The notes: generated by a model not told the origin, from the sequence alone. Positions 19,591-29,751 are shown, counted from the stretch's first letter. The stretch: DNA of 64,000 nt from SAR324 cluster bacterium (GCA_002995645.1 PUHO01000006.1:67623-131622), one strand, 5' to 3'. Numbers and translations: made by a program.

Positions 19591-20939
19591 TGCAACAAAA
19601 TATGCCGACAAAATTACAACAAACAACAGCAGGCGTGCCCCTAGAAATAGAATCGCTTTGCAACTTATGGTATGCTTTATCCTCTGCAAAAGAAATCGTA
19701 TACGCACAAAATCAAACTTACGTGACTTTGCTTAAATCCGGCGTATTTTCTACGATAAACAACATTACTTTCCAAGATGCCCAAGTCTCAATGCAAGGAG
19801 AGACAAAATATTACTCCGTTTTGTTTTCTGCTGAAAATTTAGAAGAAAAAGAACAAAACGTAATTTTGTTTATAGATCAAAAACAAAGCCAACAAATATT
19901 CCCGCAACATTGGATTATCATTAATATACATAATGAAAAAAATCAATCTATTATAGCAAATTATAATAAATATATAGATCGACTGGGATTTTGCGGTTTA
20001 CTGCACCACACTACCCCCAAATCAAAAGTACTTAATTTTATATTAAACGCAGCGGAAGAAAGACAGCTTTCCCATGCTAAGACCCTTCTTCAATCTATAA
20101 AAGATTCTAATCTCTCCACATGGGAACAAGTTTTATTTGAACAAACTTGCTATTATCTTGGCAAACCTTCCTATAGTCCCCCTCTGCTTGCTTTTGCACA
20201 AAAACAAAACTTTGAACGTATACAACAAAGCTTTGACCAACCTTTAGAAAAAACTAAACAAGAAATACTTGGCAATTGGTTATTTAGCAATAATCTTTTA
20301 GCTCCTAAAACGCATTATAACCTAGTATATCAAAAGCAATGGGAACACTTCCCGGTAGTAACGCAAAGAGAAACGTTGCAACACAAAGGGCGTCCGGCAA
20401 ATCATCCTATTCGTTTATTTGTCGGTTTATTCTATCATTTAAACTACGTATGCAAAAAAGGAATTTTTACAACTTGGTTAGCTTGCTTGCAAAACATTTT
20501 TTCTATGATTGAAAAGAATCAATTTTCGCAACGATTATTACAACAAGAATTAAACAAACTATTTCCTATGCCGGAAGAAGAAGGTTTATATCGCTATTAC
20601 CTGCCAACAAGTTTAACTGAAATGAAAAAACCTATGAAATGTATAGGAACGCAAAAACAAATTATTATTTTTATTAACGTTATTATTCCCGTATTTTTAG
20701 CATGGAGCCTGCAAACAAAAGAAAAAGACTTACAACGTATACTTTTAGCCATATTTTTAGTTTTTCCTTATGAAACAGAAAATCATAAAATTAAAATCAT
20801 CAAAAAGAAGCTAGCTTGTACACAGAAATACAATAATTTAGCACTACATCAAGGATTAATCCAACTATTTGATTCCTATTGTGGAAAAGCAAAGCAACAA
20901 TGTTCTACTTGCTTACTGCCGTTTGTCCTTCAAAACTAA
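19590..20939 (+). CDS. Hypothetical protein (possibly DUF2851-like)
   Basis: 449-aa ORF. GRPANHPIRL and the C-terminal Cys cluster (CGKAKQQCSTC) are reminiscent of DUF2851, from memory only. Start is TTG 19590 or ATG 19602. Confidence 0.5.
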   Translation: MQQNMPTKLQQTTAGVPLEIESLCNLWYALSSAKEIVYAQNQTYVTLLKSGVFSTINNITFQDAQVSMQGETKYYSVLFSAENLEEKEQNVILFIDQKQSQQIFPQHWIIINIHNEKNQSIIANYNKYIDRLGFCGLLHHTTPKSKVLNFILNAAEERQLSHAKTLLQSIKDSNLSTWEQVLFEQTCYYLGKPSYSPPLLAFAQKQNFERIQQSFDQPLEKTKQEILGNWLFSNNLLAPKTHYNLVYQKQWEHFPVVTQRETLQHKGRPANHPIRLFVGLFYHLNYVCKKGIFTTWLACLQNIFSMIEKNQFSQRLLQQELNKLFPMPEEEGLYRYYLPTSLTEMKKPMKCIGTQKQIIIFINVIIPVFLAWSLQTKEKDLQRILLAIFLVFPYETENHKIKIIKKKLACTQKYNNLALHQGLIQLFDSYCGKAKQQCSTCLLPFVLQN

Positions 20940-21066
20940 TACCCTTTATAGAAATATAACATTTAACTTGACGTATTATACTATTTTAAGATAAGCATAG
21001 TTTATAGTATTTAAGTTTAAATTTGATTTAAACATTAAAAAACAATGTATATATTAAACTGATTTT

Positions 21067-21585
21067 ATGAAAAAATTATTATACCTTATTGTATTTGTTT
21101 CTCTTTTTGCATTCCCTTTTAATTTAAGCGCAGCAAATTTCAAAATAGGGATTGTTGACATGCAACAAATCATTCAAACGTCCAAAGTAGGGCAACAAAT
21201 CCTTGCTAAATTAAAAAAACAAGCTGCTACTAAAAAAGCAACGTTAGAAAAAAAAGGCAGCAATCTACAAAAGAAACAACAAGAATTACAAAACTCCGTT
21301 GTTTTAAGCCCACAAGCAAGAAAAAAGAAACAAACTGAAATCATGGAAATGCAACAATCTTTGCAAATGGAATTTGCAAATGCGCAACGTGAGTTTCAAA
21401 CAAAAGAAATGGAAGAAACGAAAATAATTATTGGGCAAGTACAAAAAATTATTGCTGTTTATGCAAAACAAAAAGCTTACGATTTGATTGTAGAAAAGAC
21501 CTTATACACGGCAATTCTATATTCAAAAAACAAACCGACAAACATTACTAAAATTATTTTAAAGCAATATAACGCAGCACATTAG
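21067..21585 (+). CDS. skp: Periplasmic chaperone Skp/OmpH
   Basis: 172-aa ORF. Signal peptide, K/Q/E-rich coiled-coil arms, location directly upstream of fabZ-lpxA-lpxB. Confidence 0.85.
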   Translation: MKKLLYLIVFVSLFAFPFNLSAANFKIGIVDMQQIIQTSKVGQQILAKLKKQAATKKATLEKKGSNLQKKQQELQNSVVLSPQARKKKQTEIMEMQQSLQMEFANAQREFQTKEMEETKIIIGQVQKIIAVYAKQKAYDLIVEKTLYTAILYSKNKPTNITKIILKQYNAAH

Positions 21586-21623
21586 TAAAGTATTATTTTT
21601 AAGAACTACTTTGGAGTTTTATT

Positions 21624-22046
21624 ATGATGGATATTAACGAAATTAAATTGCACTTAAAACATAGGTACCCATTCTTATTAATTGATCGAGTCCTAGAAAT
21701 AATTCCAACAAAATATGTTAAATCTTTAAAGAACGTGACTATCAACGAACCTTTCTTTCAAGGACATTTTCCGGATATGCCAATTATGCCCGGCGTGCTT
21801 CTTATTGAAATGTTAGCGCAAAATGCCGGTCTTGGTAGTATTAAAGGCGAAGAAGGCGAGCATTCTTTACTAGTTAGCGTTAAGAACAGTGTTTTCAAAA
21901 AACCGGTAGTACCGGGGGATCAATTAATTTTAGAATCTTCTATAACAGGACAAAAAGGAAAGTTTTTCATTACAGAAAATAAAGCCTCAGTAGATGGCAA
22001 CGTCGTAGTAAAATGCGAAATATGGTTAACGTTCTCCAAAATATAG
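21624..22046 (+). CDS. fabZ: 3-hydroxyacyl-ACP dehydratase FabZ
   Basis: 140-aa ORF. HRYPFLLIDRV and PFFQGHFPDMPIMPGVLLIE hot-dog dehydratase motifs. Confidence 0.95.
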   Translation: MMDINEIKLHLKHRYPFLLIDRVLEIIPTKYVKSLKNVTINEPFFQGHFPDMPIMPGVLLIEMLAQNAGLGSIKGEEGEHSLLVSVKNSVFKKPVVPGDQLILESSITGQKGKFFITENKASVDGNVVVKCEIWLTFSKI

Positions 22047-22067
22047 ATTAATTTATAAAATTATATC

Positions 22068-22859
22068 ATGATACACCCTACTGCCATTATTGATCCTTCA
22101 GCTGTAGTTCCTGATTCTAATTCTATTGGAGCTCATGTTATTATTGGAGCTAACGTTGTTTTAGGCGAAAATAATACGCTTCATCATCATGCGCAAATTG
22201 TTGGTAATTGCACTGTAGGGGATAATAATCAATTCTTTCCTTTTTCCCTTGTAGCACTACCACCACAAGATATTAGCTATAGAGAAGAAAATACACATAA
22301 CGACTCTTTCCTTACTATTGGAAACAATAATATTTTACGTGAATATATCACAGTACATCGCGGTACAAAAAAATATGATTCTGATGGTATTACAAAAATT
22401 GGCAATGATAATTTACTTTTAACGGCAACGCACATTGCACATGACGTACAGGTACATAATAACGTTATCGTTTCTGGTGGCGTGATTGCCGGACATGTGA
22501 TTCTAGAAGACCATGCTATTATTGGTTTATGCTCTGCTGTACACCAGTTTTGCCATATAGGACAATATGCCATGATTAGCGGTATGTCTTTTGTCTCAGC
22601 CGATATCCCCCCGTTTGCTATTTGTAACAATAATAATATACGAGGTATTAATATTATTGGCTTACAAAGAAATAATTTTACTGAAAAAACAATTGCCGCT
22701 CTTGCTTCTGCTTTTGCTTTCCTTAGATCAAATAAATTACTATATACTGAGTCGCTTAAGCAAATACAAAAAGATCTAGGCAGCTACCATGAAATACAGC
22801 AACTTCTATCCTTTCTTACGCAGTCCAAAAGAAAAGCGAATTTTAAAAAACTAGATTAG
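22068..22859 (+). CDS. lpxA: UDP-N-acetylglucosamine acyltransferase LpxA
   Basis: 263-aa ORF. N-terminal MIHPTAIIDPSA, left-handed beta-helix hexapeptide repeats, C-terminal helical domain. Synteny fabZ-lpxA-lpxB. Confidence 0.9.
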   Translation: MIHPTAIIDPSAVVPDSNSIGAHVIIGANVVLGENNTLHHHAQIVGNCTVGDNNQFFPFSLVALPPQDISYREENTHNDSFLTIGNNNILREYITVHRGTKKYDSDGITKIGNDNLLLTATHIAHDVQVHNNVIVSGGVIAGHVILEDHAIIGLCSAVHQFCHIGQYAMISGMSFVSADIPPFAICNNNNIRGINIIGLQRNNFTEKTIAALASAFAFLRSNKLLYTESLKQIQKDLGSYHEIQQLLSFLTQSKRKANFKKLD

Positions 22860-22870
22860 TACTTCTTACT

Positions 22871-24037
22871 ATGAAAGCGTCTCCTAAAATTATGTTTCTT
22901 GCTGGTGAAACGTCTAGTAGCGTGCACCTTAGCCGTGTCATTCATCATTTAAAAACGATCCTTCCTAATGCTATTATGTTAGGAACCGGTGGCGATGATA
23001 TGAAAAAAGAAGGTGTTTACCTTTACTACACAATGAAAGACCTTGAAGTAATGGGCTTGTTTAACATTCTTCCTCGTTTATTCTCTCTTATAAAAATCTT
23101 TAATCATCTACTTGAAGTAGTTGAAACAGAAAAACCGGATATTATTGTTCTTGCCGATTATCCCGGATTTAATTTGCGATTTATTAAAAAACTAAAAAAA
23201 GTTAAAAAACTCAATATTCCTATTGTTTATTATATTCCGCCTATTAAATCTATTTTTACAGGAAAAAGAAAAATCCGCACCTTACATAAATACGTTGATT
23301 ATAATATCCCTCTTTTTGCTAAAGAAGACGCTTTATTAAAAAAATATCATTGTAAGTCTCATTTTTTTGGTAATCCTTTAGTTGACGGCATGCATATTTC
23401 GTTAACTAAACAAGAATTTATTACAAAATATAATCTTCCTGAAAATAAACGTATTGTTTCTTTATTTCCGGGAAGTCGCCACAGTGAACTTGTACACAGT
23501 ATCCCATTCTTGTTAAAAACAGTTGCTAAGTTAACGGCAAAATATGATGATCTGACTTTTATTATGCCTATATCTGCTAGCAACACGCCTTTTGTTAAGT
23601 CTAAACTAAGTCACTATCCTATTCAAATTATTACAGATGATACGTATAACGCGATTAATGCTTCTTATGTAGCTCTTAACATGAGCGGAACGTTAACACT
23701 AGAGCTTATGTTGCTTAACTGCATATCCGTTACTTTCTATGCGGCTTCTTTTTTGGAAAACCTATTTTTTCGTTTTGTTGTTTTTCTTGCGCATATTAAA
23801 AAAATTAAACCTTTTATATCACTTACGAATATCCTTAACGATTCTCTAATTGTACCGGAAGTCCTACCTTATAAAGTAACGCCGGCTACACTTTATAAAC
23901 TTATTGCTTTGTATTTAGACCACCCTAGTGAATTTCCTATTATTAAAAAACAATTTACTACTATTAAGCCTTTACTAGGATCGGAAGGAGCATATCAAAA
24001 TACAGCTAAATTTATTGCTAAACTTATTCAGATCTAG
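22871..24037 (+). CDS. lpxB: Lipid-A-disaccharide synthase LpxB
   Basis: 388-aa ORF. GT19-like N-terminus (IMFLAGETSSSVHLSRVI), DYPGFNLR motif, synteny after lpxA. Confidence 0.85.
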   Translation: MKASPKIMFLAGETSSSVHLSRVIHHLKTILPNAIMLGTGGDDMKKEGVYLYYTMKDLEVMGLFNILPRLFSLIKIFNHLLEVVETEKPDIIVLADYPGFNLRFIKKLKKVKKLNIPIVYYIPPIKSIFTGKRKIRTLHKYVDYNIPLFAKEDALLKKYHCKSHFFGNPLVDGMHISLTKQEFITKYNLPENKRIVSLFPGSRHSELVHSIPFLLKTVAKLTAKYDDLTFIMPISASNTPFVKSKLSHYPIQIITDDTYNAINASYVALNMSGTLTLELMLLNCISVTFYAASFLENLFFRFVVFLAHIKKIKPFISLTNILNDSLIVPEVLPYKVTPATLYKLIALYLDHPSEFPIIKKQFTTIKPLLGSEGAYQNTAKFIAKLIQI

Positions 24038-24092
24038 TATACTGAGTATAGTAAAATTTAACTATAGTATCTATTTTGAATCGTATGGACAT

Positions 24093-24737
24093 ATGCCGTA
24101 TAAAATAATACTACTCATATTCATTTTAATATATGCTAATTGTAGTGTTCCTTTATACGCACAAAACAAATCAAATACAAAGCGTTATTACCTGAGTAAA
24201 GAAAAGCTATCAAGACATTCTAGTTTATTAGATACATTAAGTTATTTAATAAAAACAAATTCAACGTTTAACGCTGGCGTACATCTTTATGGATGGAGTG
24301 AAGAAAAAGTAATCCATAATAGTATTGAAAGTTTTAGTCTTGGTTTTGACTATCGCATTGTCCAAGTTGGTATGCAGGTTTTTATTGGAAGATTTCAGCT
24401 AGAGCATTTTGATAAAGAACTTCCTATTAAATATCTATCTACTACTACGTATCTTGCGTTACGTTTTGGTAAACCGGATAAACCGAATCAAACTAGCTAC
24501 TATTTACTTGCTGGACCGGCTTCTGTCTATTCGCAAATTGAACCAAAATCACTATCTTCTATTTCCGGAAATAATATAGGATTATTCTTAGGGGCTGGCA
24601 TCGTTACATATTGGGATAGACTTGGTATTGGCTTACAATTTCATTGGATTGATTCCAAAACTAAACTAGCAAATACAAAAGCTTCCTATTATAATGGGAC
24701 TAGAGATCTTCAACTTATATTTAAATGGCTTCTTTAA
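24093..24737 (+). CDS. Hypothetical secreted/outer-membrane protein
   Basis: The ORF is open from 24015. The likely start is ATG 24093, giving signal peptide MPYKIILLIFILIYANCSVPLYAQ. Alternating beta-strand-like pattern. No family recognised. Confidence 0.55.
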   Translation: MPYKIILLIFILIYANCSVPLYAQNKSNTKRYYLSKEKLSRHSSLLDTLSYLIKTNSTFNAGVHLYGWSEEKVIHNSIESFSLGFDYRIVQVGMQVFIGRFQLEHFDKELPIKYLSTTTYLALRFGKPDKPNQTSYYLLAGPASVYSQIEPKSLSSISGNNIGLFLGAGIVTYWDRLGIGLQFHWIDSKTKLANTKASYYNGTRDLQLIFKWLL

Positions 24738-26401
24738 TATTTCGTTTTTTATATCTATGGAAGATAGTTGTTTTATATAGCTTACTATGTATACTTACTA
24801 GCTGTTATCATGATTCTAATCTAGCAGATAAACTATTAGAAATAGAAGAAGTAGACAACTATTTTGCTGCCATTAACTTCACTCCAACAACAAACACGGC
24901 AGTCAAAGGCGTATATCTTCTTTCGCTACATGGCTCACAAGCGCTTGCACCTGTACTTGTCCCGGCAAGTAAAACTATTTTTCCCGTTTTTCCTATACGA
25001 ACTGAAGGGGATACTGTTTTTTCAGTATATAAACACTTTGATACGCCTTACCCCAATAACGAAGCTGTTTTTACGTTTGTTGCCCCGTTTCGTTCTAAAA
25101 ACTTACCGAACACTATAGCAGAAACAGGATTTATACATCCTATTCCCATTGTTAGCGCTACAACCTATCATTTTGATATAACAGGCCAAGCTGATCCCAC
25201 TCCAGACACCTATAAAGTAACTTATCTAGAAGACACAAATATCCCTAAAGACGCGATACAAATAAAACATCTTGCAAAAGACACGGAAACAATAACGTAT
25301 CACTTTAAAATGTATCCTAATAATGAGAAAGAATATTATCTAGCAGGATATAACTATCAACTGACTTCTAGTTTTGATATGTTTAAAACAGAAAAAATTA
25401 TCCGATCACGTATTTCAAACAATAGATTTGAACTCATTACAACAAGAACTAACTACAAAAACGGGATATTAGCCGATTTTCCACGTGAGTCTTTTGGGAC
25501 AAAGCCATATGGAAAAAATGGAACAGATAGCGCTCAAATCCTAGAAATTGTTAAAAACATTTCTACCCCTATAGACTCGACACAAAATACAAGCACAACA
25601 ACAACCTCCTATTATAACGGCGCTCTAACTATTGCTTTTCAAGAATTAGAAAAAGACGTATATTACAATACAAAGCTAAAACTACTTCAATCAAAAGAAG
25701 TCCATAGCTGGTCTTTTGACAAAACTTTCGCAGATATAAAATATAATTATTCATTACAAAAAACAGACTATGTCAACAATCCAAGTCAAGGGCTGTTTGG
25801 ATTACCGGCACATACCGTTCAATTTACGTTTGTATCCGGCTTAGCTACACGTAATTGGGAAAAGTTATATACATATAATACATGGGGATTGCCTAAAACC
25901 ATACAGACGAAAGACACAACCGGCACAGTCACAGAAACAGAAGAGTTTACCTATGATGCAAAAAATCGCTTAACTAAGCAAGAAACAATAGATAATAAAT
26001 TAAATCAGTGTAAAGATCAAAGTGAAAAAATAGAAAACGTATATACAGATATAGAAGAGAACCTAGACTCTATCACAGAAAAAAAGTTTATTTGTAACAC
26101 CGGGACCTATACGTTAACTTCGCAAAAAACAACGCATTATAGTACGGATCTCCAACCTACCGATATTATTACCTATGATGTTTCAACAACTCCGGCAGAA
26201 GCTACGCAAGAAACGATTATTTCCTATTCTTATTATAAACAAAAAAAGCAAGAACAGTTTTTAGAGTTGCCTTCCAAAAAAGAATTATATAGAGTTCTCT
26301 ATAGCTATGATGCTAATCATTTTTTTATTAGCGCGATTACAGTGGATCCCGATAATAATTTAACAAAAGGCTATGATCATAGTAGTTATGAATATAAATA
26401 A
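24725..26401 (+). CDS. Hypothetical lipoprotein with YD-repeat-like motifs
   Basis: 558-aa ORF. Lipobox LTSC. T/N/Y-rich beta-type sequence. FTYDAKNRLTKQE and YSYDANHFF resemble YD/RHS repeat cores. Confidence 0.55.
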   Translation: MASLIFRFLYLWKIVVLYSLLCILTSCYHDSNLADKLLEIEEVDNYFAAINFTPTTNTAVKGVYLLSLHGSQALAPVLVPASKTIFPVFPIRTEGDTVFSVYKHFDTPYPNNEAVFTFVAPFRSKNLPNTIAETGFIHPIPIVSATTYHFDITGQADPTPDTYKVTYLEDTNIPKDAIQIKHLAKDTETITYHFKMYPNNEKEYYLAGYNYQLTSSFDMFKTEKIIRSRISNNRFELITTRTNYKNGILADFPRESFGTKPYGKNGTDSAQILEIVKNISTPIDSTQNTSTTTTSYYNGALTIAFQELEKDVYYNTKLKLLQSKEVHSWSFDKTFADIKYNYSLQKTDYVNNPSQGLFGLPAHTVQFTFVSGLATRNWEKLYTYNTWGLPKTIQTKDTTGTVTETEEFTYDAKNRLTKQETIDNKLNQCKDQSEKIENVYTDIEENLDSITEKKFICNTGTYTLTSQKTTHYSTDLQPTDIITYDVSTTPAEATQETIISYSYYKQKKQEQFLELPSKKELYRVLYSYDANHFFISAITVDPDNNLTKGYDHSSYEYK

Positions 26402-27074
26402 TTTTCTTACTTCCTCTTTTTCTTTGCCCGGTTGGTGCTTACATTGTCAAAAATACCTTTATAAATCTTACGGTTTACCAATTTGTATTAGTTGTTATAA
26501 ACGCATTGTATTTTGGGATAAAGCACTTTGTCCTTTATGTAATCATTTCCATCCTTATTTAGCTTGTGAAAACTCTACTACCCCTTATTTAAGCCAAGTA
26601 TATGTTATTTGCCGCTATAATGAAATCTTGCATTCGCTTGTTACTAGCTTGAAATATAAAAAGAACTTACTTTCTAAAACTATTCTTGGGTTATTATTAT
26701 CCCATTATATGCGAAACAACCAACAAGAATGGCACCAGTTTGAAGGTATGATCCCTATTCCTATTAATAAACAAAGATTACGTACAAGAGGATTTAATCA
26801 AACTCATGTACTAGCATTAGCTCAATCTTATTTACCTATTTTATCTAATATATTAATTAAAACAAAATACCATGCGCACCAAGCCGGACTTTCCCAAGAA
26901 GAGCGATCGCGCAATATTATCCGTTCTTTTACAATAAAAAAATCCCTTCCACCTAAAAAATATCTTCTTTTAGACGACGTTTTCACAACAGGGAATACTT
27001 TAAATGAAGCGGCACGTATTTTATTAGAAGCCGGCGCTAAGGAAGTATGCGCTATTACACTTGCACATACGTAA
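26373..27074 (+). CDS. comF: ComF-family phosphoribosyltransferase-like competence protein
   Basis: 233-aa ORF. N-terminal CxxC pairs (CLHCQ, CISCYK, CPLCN), C-terminal PRTase motif LLLDDVFTTGNT. The start may be ATG 26388. Confidence 0.85.
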   Translation: MIIVVMNINNFLTSSFSLPGWCLHCQKYLYKSYGLPICISCYKRIVFWDKALCPLCNHFHPYLACENSTTPYLSQVYVICRYNEILHSLVTSLKYKKNLLSKTILGLLLSHYMRNNQQEWHQFEGMIPIPINKQRLRTRGFNQTHVLALAQSYLPILSNILIKTKYHAHQAGLSQEERSRNIIRSFTIKKSLPPKKYLLLDDVFTTGNTLNEAARILLEAGAKEVCAITLAHT

Positions 27075-27075
27075 C

Positions 27076-28002
27076 AAAAATAATGCTATTAAGTTAGATA
27101 CTTAATGTTTACTATCTTTTGAAAAAAGTTTGTCACCAATCAGCATAATCGGCACTTTTGTCATCATGTATACAAAGCACAAAATAAACAAACTTAACAT
27201 GACAAGACTAATAGCAAAATCATATAAAACTAAAATAATGCTATTAAGTTAGATACTTAATGTTTACTATCTTTTGAAAAAAGTTTGTCACCAATCGGCA
27301 TAATCGGCACTTTTGTCATCATGTATACAAAACACAAAATAAACAAACTTAACATGACAAGAGTAATAGCAAAATCATATAAAACTAAAATAATGCTATT
27401 AAGTTAGATACTTAATGTTTACTATCTTTTGAAAAAAGTTTGTCATCAATCGGCATAATCGGTACTTTTGTCATCATGTATACAATGCACAAAATAAACA
27501 AACTTAACATGACAAGAGTAATAGCAAAATCATATAAAACGAAAATAATGCTATTAAGTTAGATACTTAATGTTTACTATCTGTTGAAAAAAGTTTGTCA
27601 TCAATCGGCATAATCGCTACTTTTGTCATCATGTATACAAAACACAAAATAAACAAACTTAACATGACAAGACTAATAGCAAAATCATATAAAACAAAAA
27701 TAATGCTATTAAGTTAGATACTTAATCTTTACTATCTTTTGAAAAAAGTTTGTCACCAATCGGCATAATCGCTACTTTTGTCATCATGTATACAAAACAC
27801 AAAATAAACAAACTTAACATGACAAGACTAATAGCAAAATCATATAAAACTAAAATAATGCTATTAAGTTAGATACTTAATGTTTACTATCTTTTGAAAA
27901 AAGTTTGTCACCAATCGGCATAATAGGTACTTTTGTCATCATGTATACAAAACACAAAATAAACAAACTTAACATGCCAAGAGTAATAGCAAAATCATAT
28001 AA
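27076..28002 (-). repeat. Six tandem 155-bp units: five detached copies plus the functional copy of the actF 3' end with its downstream spacer
   Basis: The marker TAATGCTATT recurs at 27081, 27236, 27391, 27546, 27701 and 27856 (period exactly 155). Each unit is 27 nt of spacer, a stop codon and about 125 nt of actF coding tail. Only a few substitutions per unit and no indels. Confidence 0.95.
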
Positions 28003-29166
28003 GTTGAAAGAAAAACCAATAATTGCTTTATGCCCTATACCTAATGCCGCTTGATTTTCCTGTATAGACGGAACAACAAGCAAGTATTTCTCTAACCACA
28101 TACCAATAATAATGATAATGGCAATAATACGAGAAAACCAAACAGATTGGCTTGTCGTACGGCTAAGTAAACCAAAAAAAGGAATAACAACAACAGTCCC
28201 TGCAACAATCCAAAATACAATACGCCATTCATAAGAAAGCATACGTAAAGCGAGATACGGCGTTTCTTCCGGTAAGTTCGCATACCATATAGTAAGGATT
28301 TGCGCGAAAATAACATAGGTCCATAAAAGGCAACTAGCAAAACTTAGTTTAGACATATCGTGATATCGTTTTGTACTAATATATTCAGATAAGTTTTGCG
28401 TTTTTTTAAGGATACCGGCAATTAACATTAAAGAAGCAAAAGCAACCACAAGACCGGACACCGCATATTCAACGCCAAACATAGTACTAAACCAAGCTTG
28501 ATCTATAGACATAATCCAATCAAAAGCAATGAGACTAGTCAATAAACCGTACATAATAGCACATATAGGAGCTAAACGTCTCATTTTACAATAACTACGT
28601 TGCGTTTCATCGCTTTGTTCGCCATAAGAGCAGCTAAGAAGTTTCATAAACCAACTACGTTTCTCTGGAGCCACTAAACCGGCGTCCGCCCTAAGGCTAT
28701 AATATAAATAAGCAAAAGCAAAACCTAATAAAACAAGGTAAGTTATAATATTACGTTTTACAAAGAAAGAAAAATGAAGCCAACCTTGCTTTGCGGCAAT
28801 AACACGAGCTGGATATATCCATTCAAAGAAATGGCTTGCCCCAAAAAACAAGACAATAAACAAGACAAAACTAACCGGAGCAAAAGCAAACAAGCCTTCT
28901 GCCATACGTTTCACCGGTCTAGCCCAAACGGCAGAGGTAATAGTAAAAATTACAGACAAAGCTAAACCGCCAAGTGCCACGCTAGTAAAAAATAAATTAT
29001 TCACAAGTAAAATTTGCCATACGTCTTGCGCATGTGCCCCACTTTTACCAACGCAAAACATAACCACGCCAAAAGCAATGAATAACCATAGAACATGATA
29101 CAACCATTTAGGCGGACGTATTTGCACCTGTTTTTGTAGTATCTGCATATCTTCTTGTCGTATCAT
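27877..29166 (-). CDS. actF: Alternative complex III subunit ActF (NrfD-like membrane subunit 2)
   Basis: 429-aa polytopic membrane ORF, last gene of the actABCDEF-ordered operon, paralogous in character to ActC. Confidence 0.8.
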   Translation of the reverse strand: MIRQEDMQILQKQVQIRPPKWLYHVLWLFIAFGVVMFCVGKSGAHAQDVWQILLVNNLFFTSVALGGLALSVIFTITSAVWARPVKRMAEGLFAFAPVSFVLFIVLFFGASHFFEWIYPARVIAAKQGWLHFSFFVKRNIITYLVLLGFAFAYLYYSLRADAGLVAPEKRSWFMKLLSCSYGEQSDETQRSYCKMRRLAPICAIMYGLLTSLIAFDWIMSIDQAWFSTMFGVEYAVSGLVVAFASLMLIAGILKKTQNLSEYISTKRYHDMSKLSFASCLLWTYVIFAQILTIWYANLPEETPYLALRMLSYEWRIVFWIVAGTVVVIPFFGLLSRTTSQSVWFSRIIAIIIIIGMWLEKYLLVVPSIQENQAALGIGHKAIIGFSFNLYDFAITLGMLSLFILCFVYMMTKVPIMPIGDKLFSKDSKH

Positions 29167-29193
29167 ATATCCCTTTTCTATAAATATCTAAAA

Positions 29194-29751
29194 CTAGCGT
29201 ACTGTGTGGCGTAAATAGTTTACAAGATCCCAACGCTCTTTCTCTGTCATAGCATTACCTAAAGGCGGCATAATAGCGCCGGAACCATAGGTTGCTTTAT
29301 AAAAAATATAGCCGTCAGATAAAGCAGGAAGCATAGGCGTAAGGTACATTGCCATCATGCCCTTTTGATTAACTTTGCTATCGCCAAGCCCTGCTTTGTT
29401 CGGTTTTTGTAAGTTTCCATGACATACTTGGCAATATACGTGGTACATATATTCCCCGTCAGCAATAGACTCTTTTGTTGGTTTAATTGGATTTTTAGTT
29501 GTCGTAGTTGGCATTGCTTCTCTTGCAATCCATGAAGTTAATACAGTTGTATCACCTACGTTACGATATACTTTTCCTTTTCTCGTTACACTATCTATAG
29601 GAAAATGAAGCATACTGCCTTGCTCTTGTGGCTTAATATTTTTTTGATTATACATATCTGTAATTAAAACCATTAAAGCCGATTTCGCAAATAAACTTCC
29701 TGTTGTTAATATTAATATAAGAAAAGTTATAACTACCCATTTATTTTTCAC
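29194..29751 (-). CDS. actE: Alternative complex III monoheme cytochrome c subunit ActE
   Basis: 185-aa ORF with signal peptide and a single CQVCHG heme motif. Position after actD. Confidence 0.8.
   Translation of the reverse strand: MKNKWVVITFLILILTTGSLFAKSALMVLITDMYNQKNIKPQEQGSMLHFPIDSVTRKGKVYRNVGDTTVLTSWIAREAMPTTTTKNPIKPTKESIADGEYMYHVYCQVCHGNLQKPNKAGLGDSKVNQKGMMAMYLTPMLPALSDGYIFYKATYGSGAIMPPLGNAMTEKERWDLVNYLRHTVR

Noticed and set aside
21067-24037. lpxD is absent between skp and fabZ, where the usual order is skp-lpxD-fabZ-lpxA-lpxB.
   Set aside because: The 38-nt skp-fabZ gap leaves no room for a decayed gene. lpxD is most likely encoded elsewhere, so this is a synteny variation rather than an anomaly.
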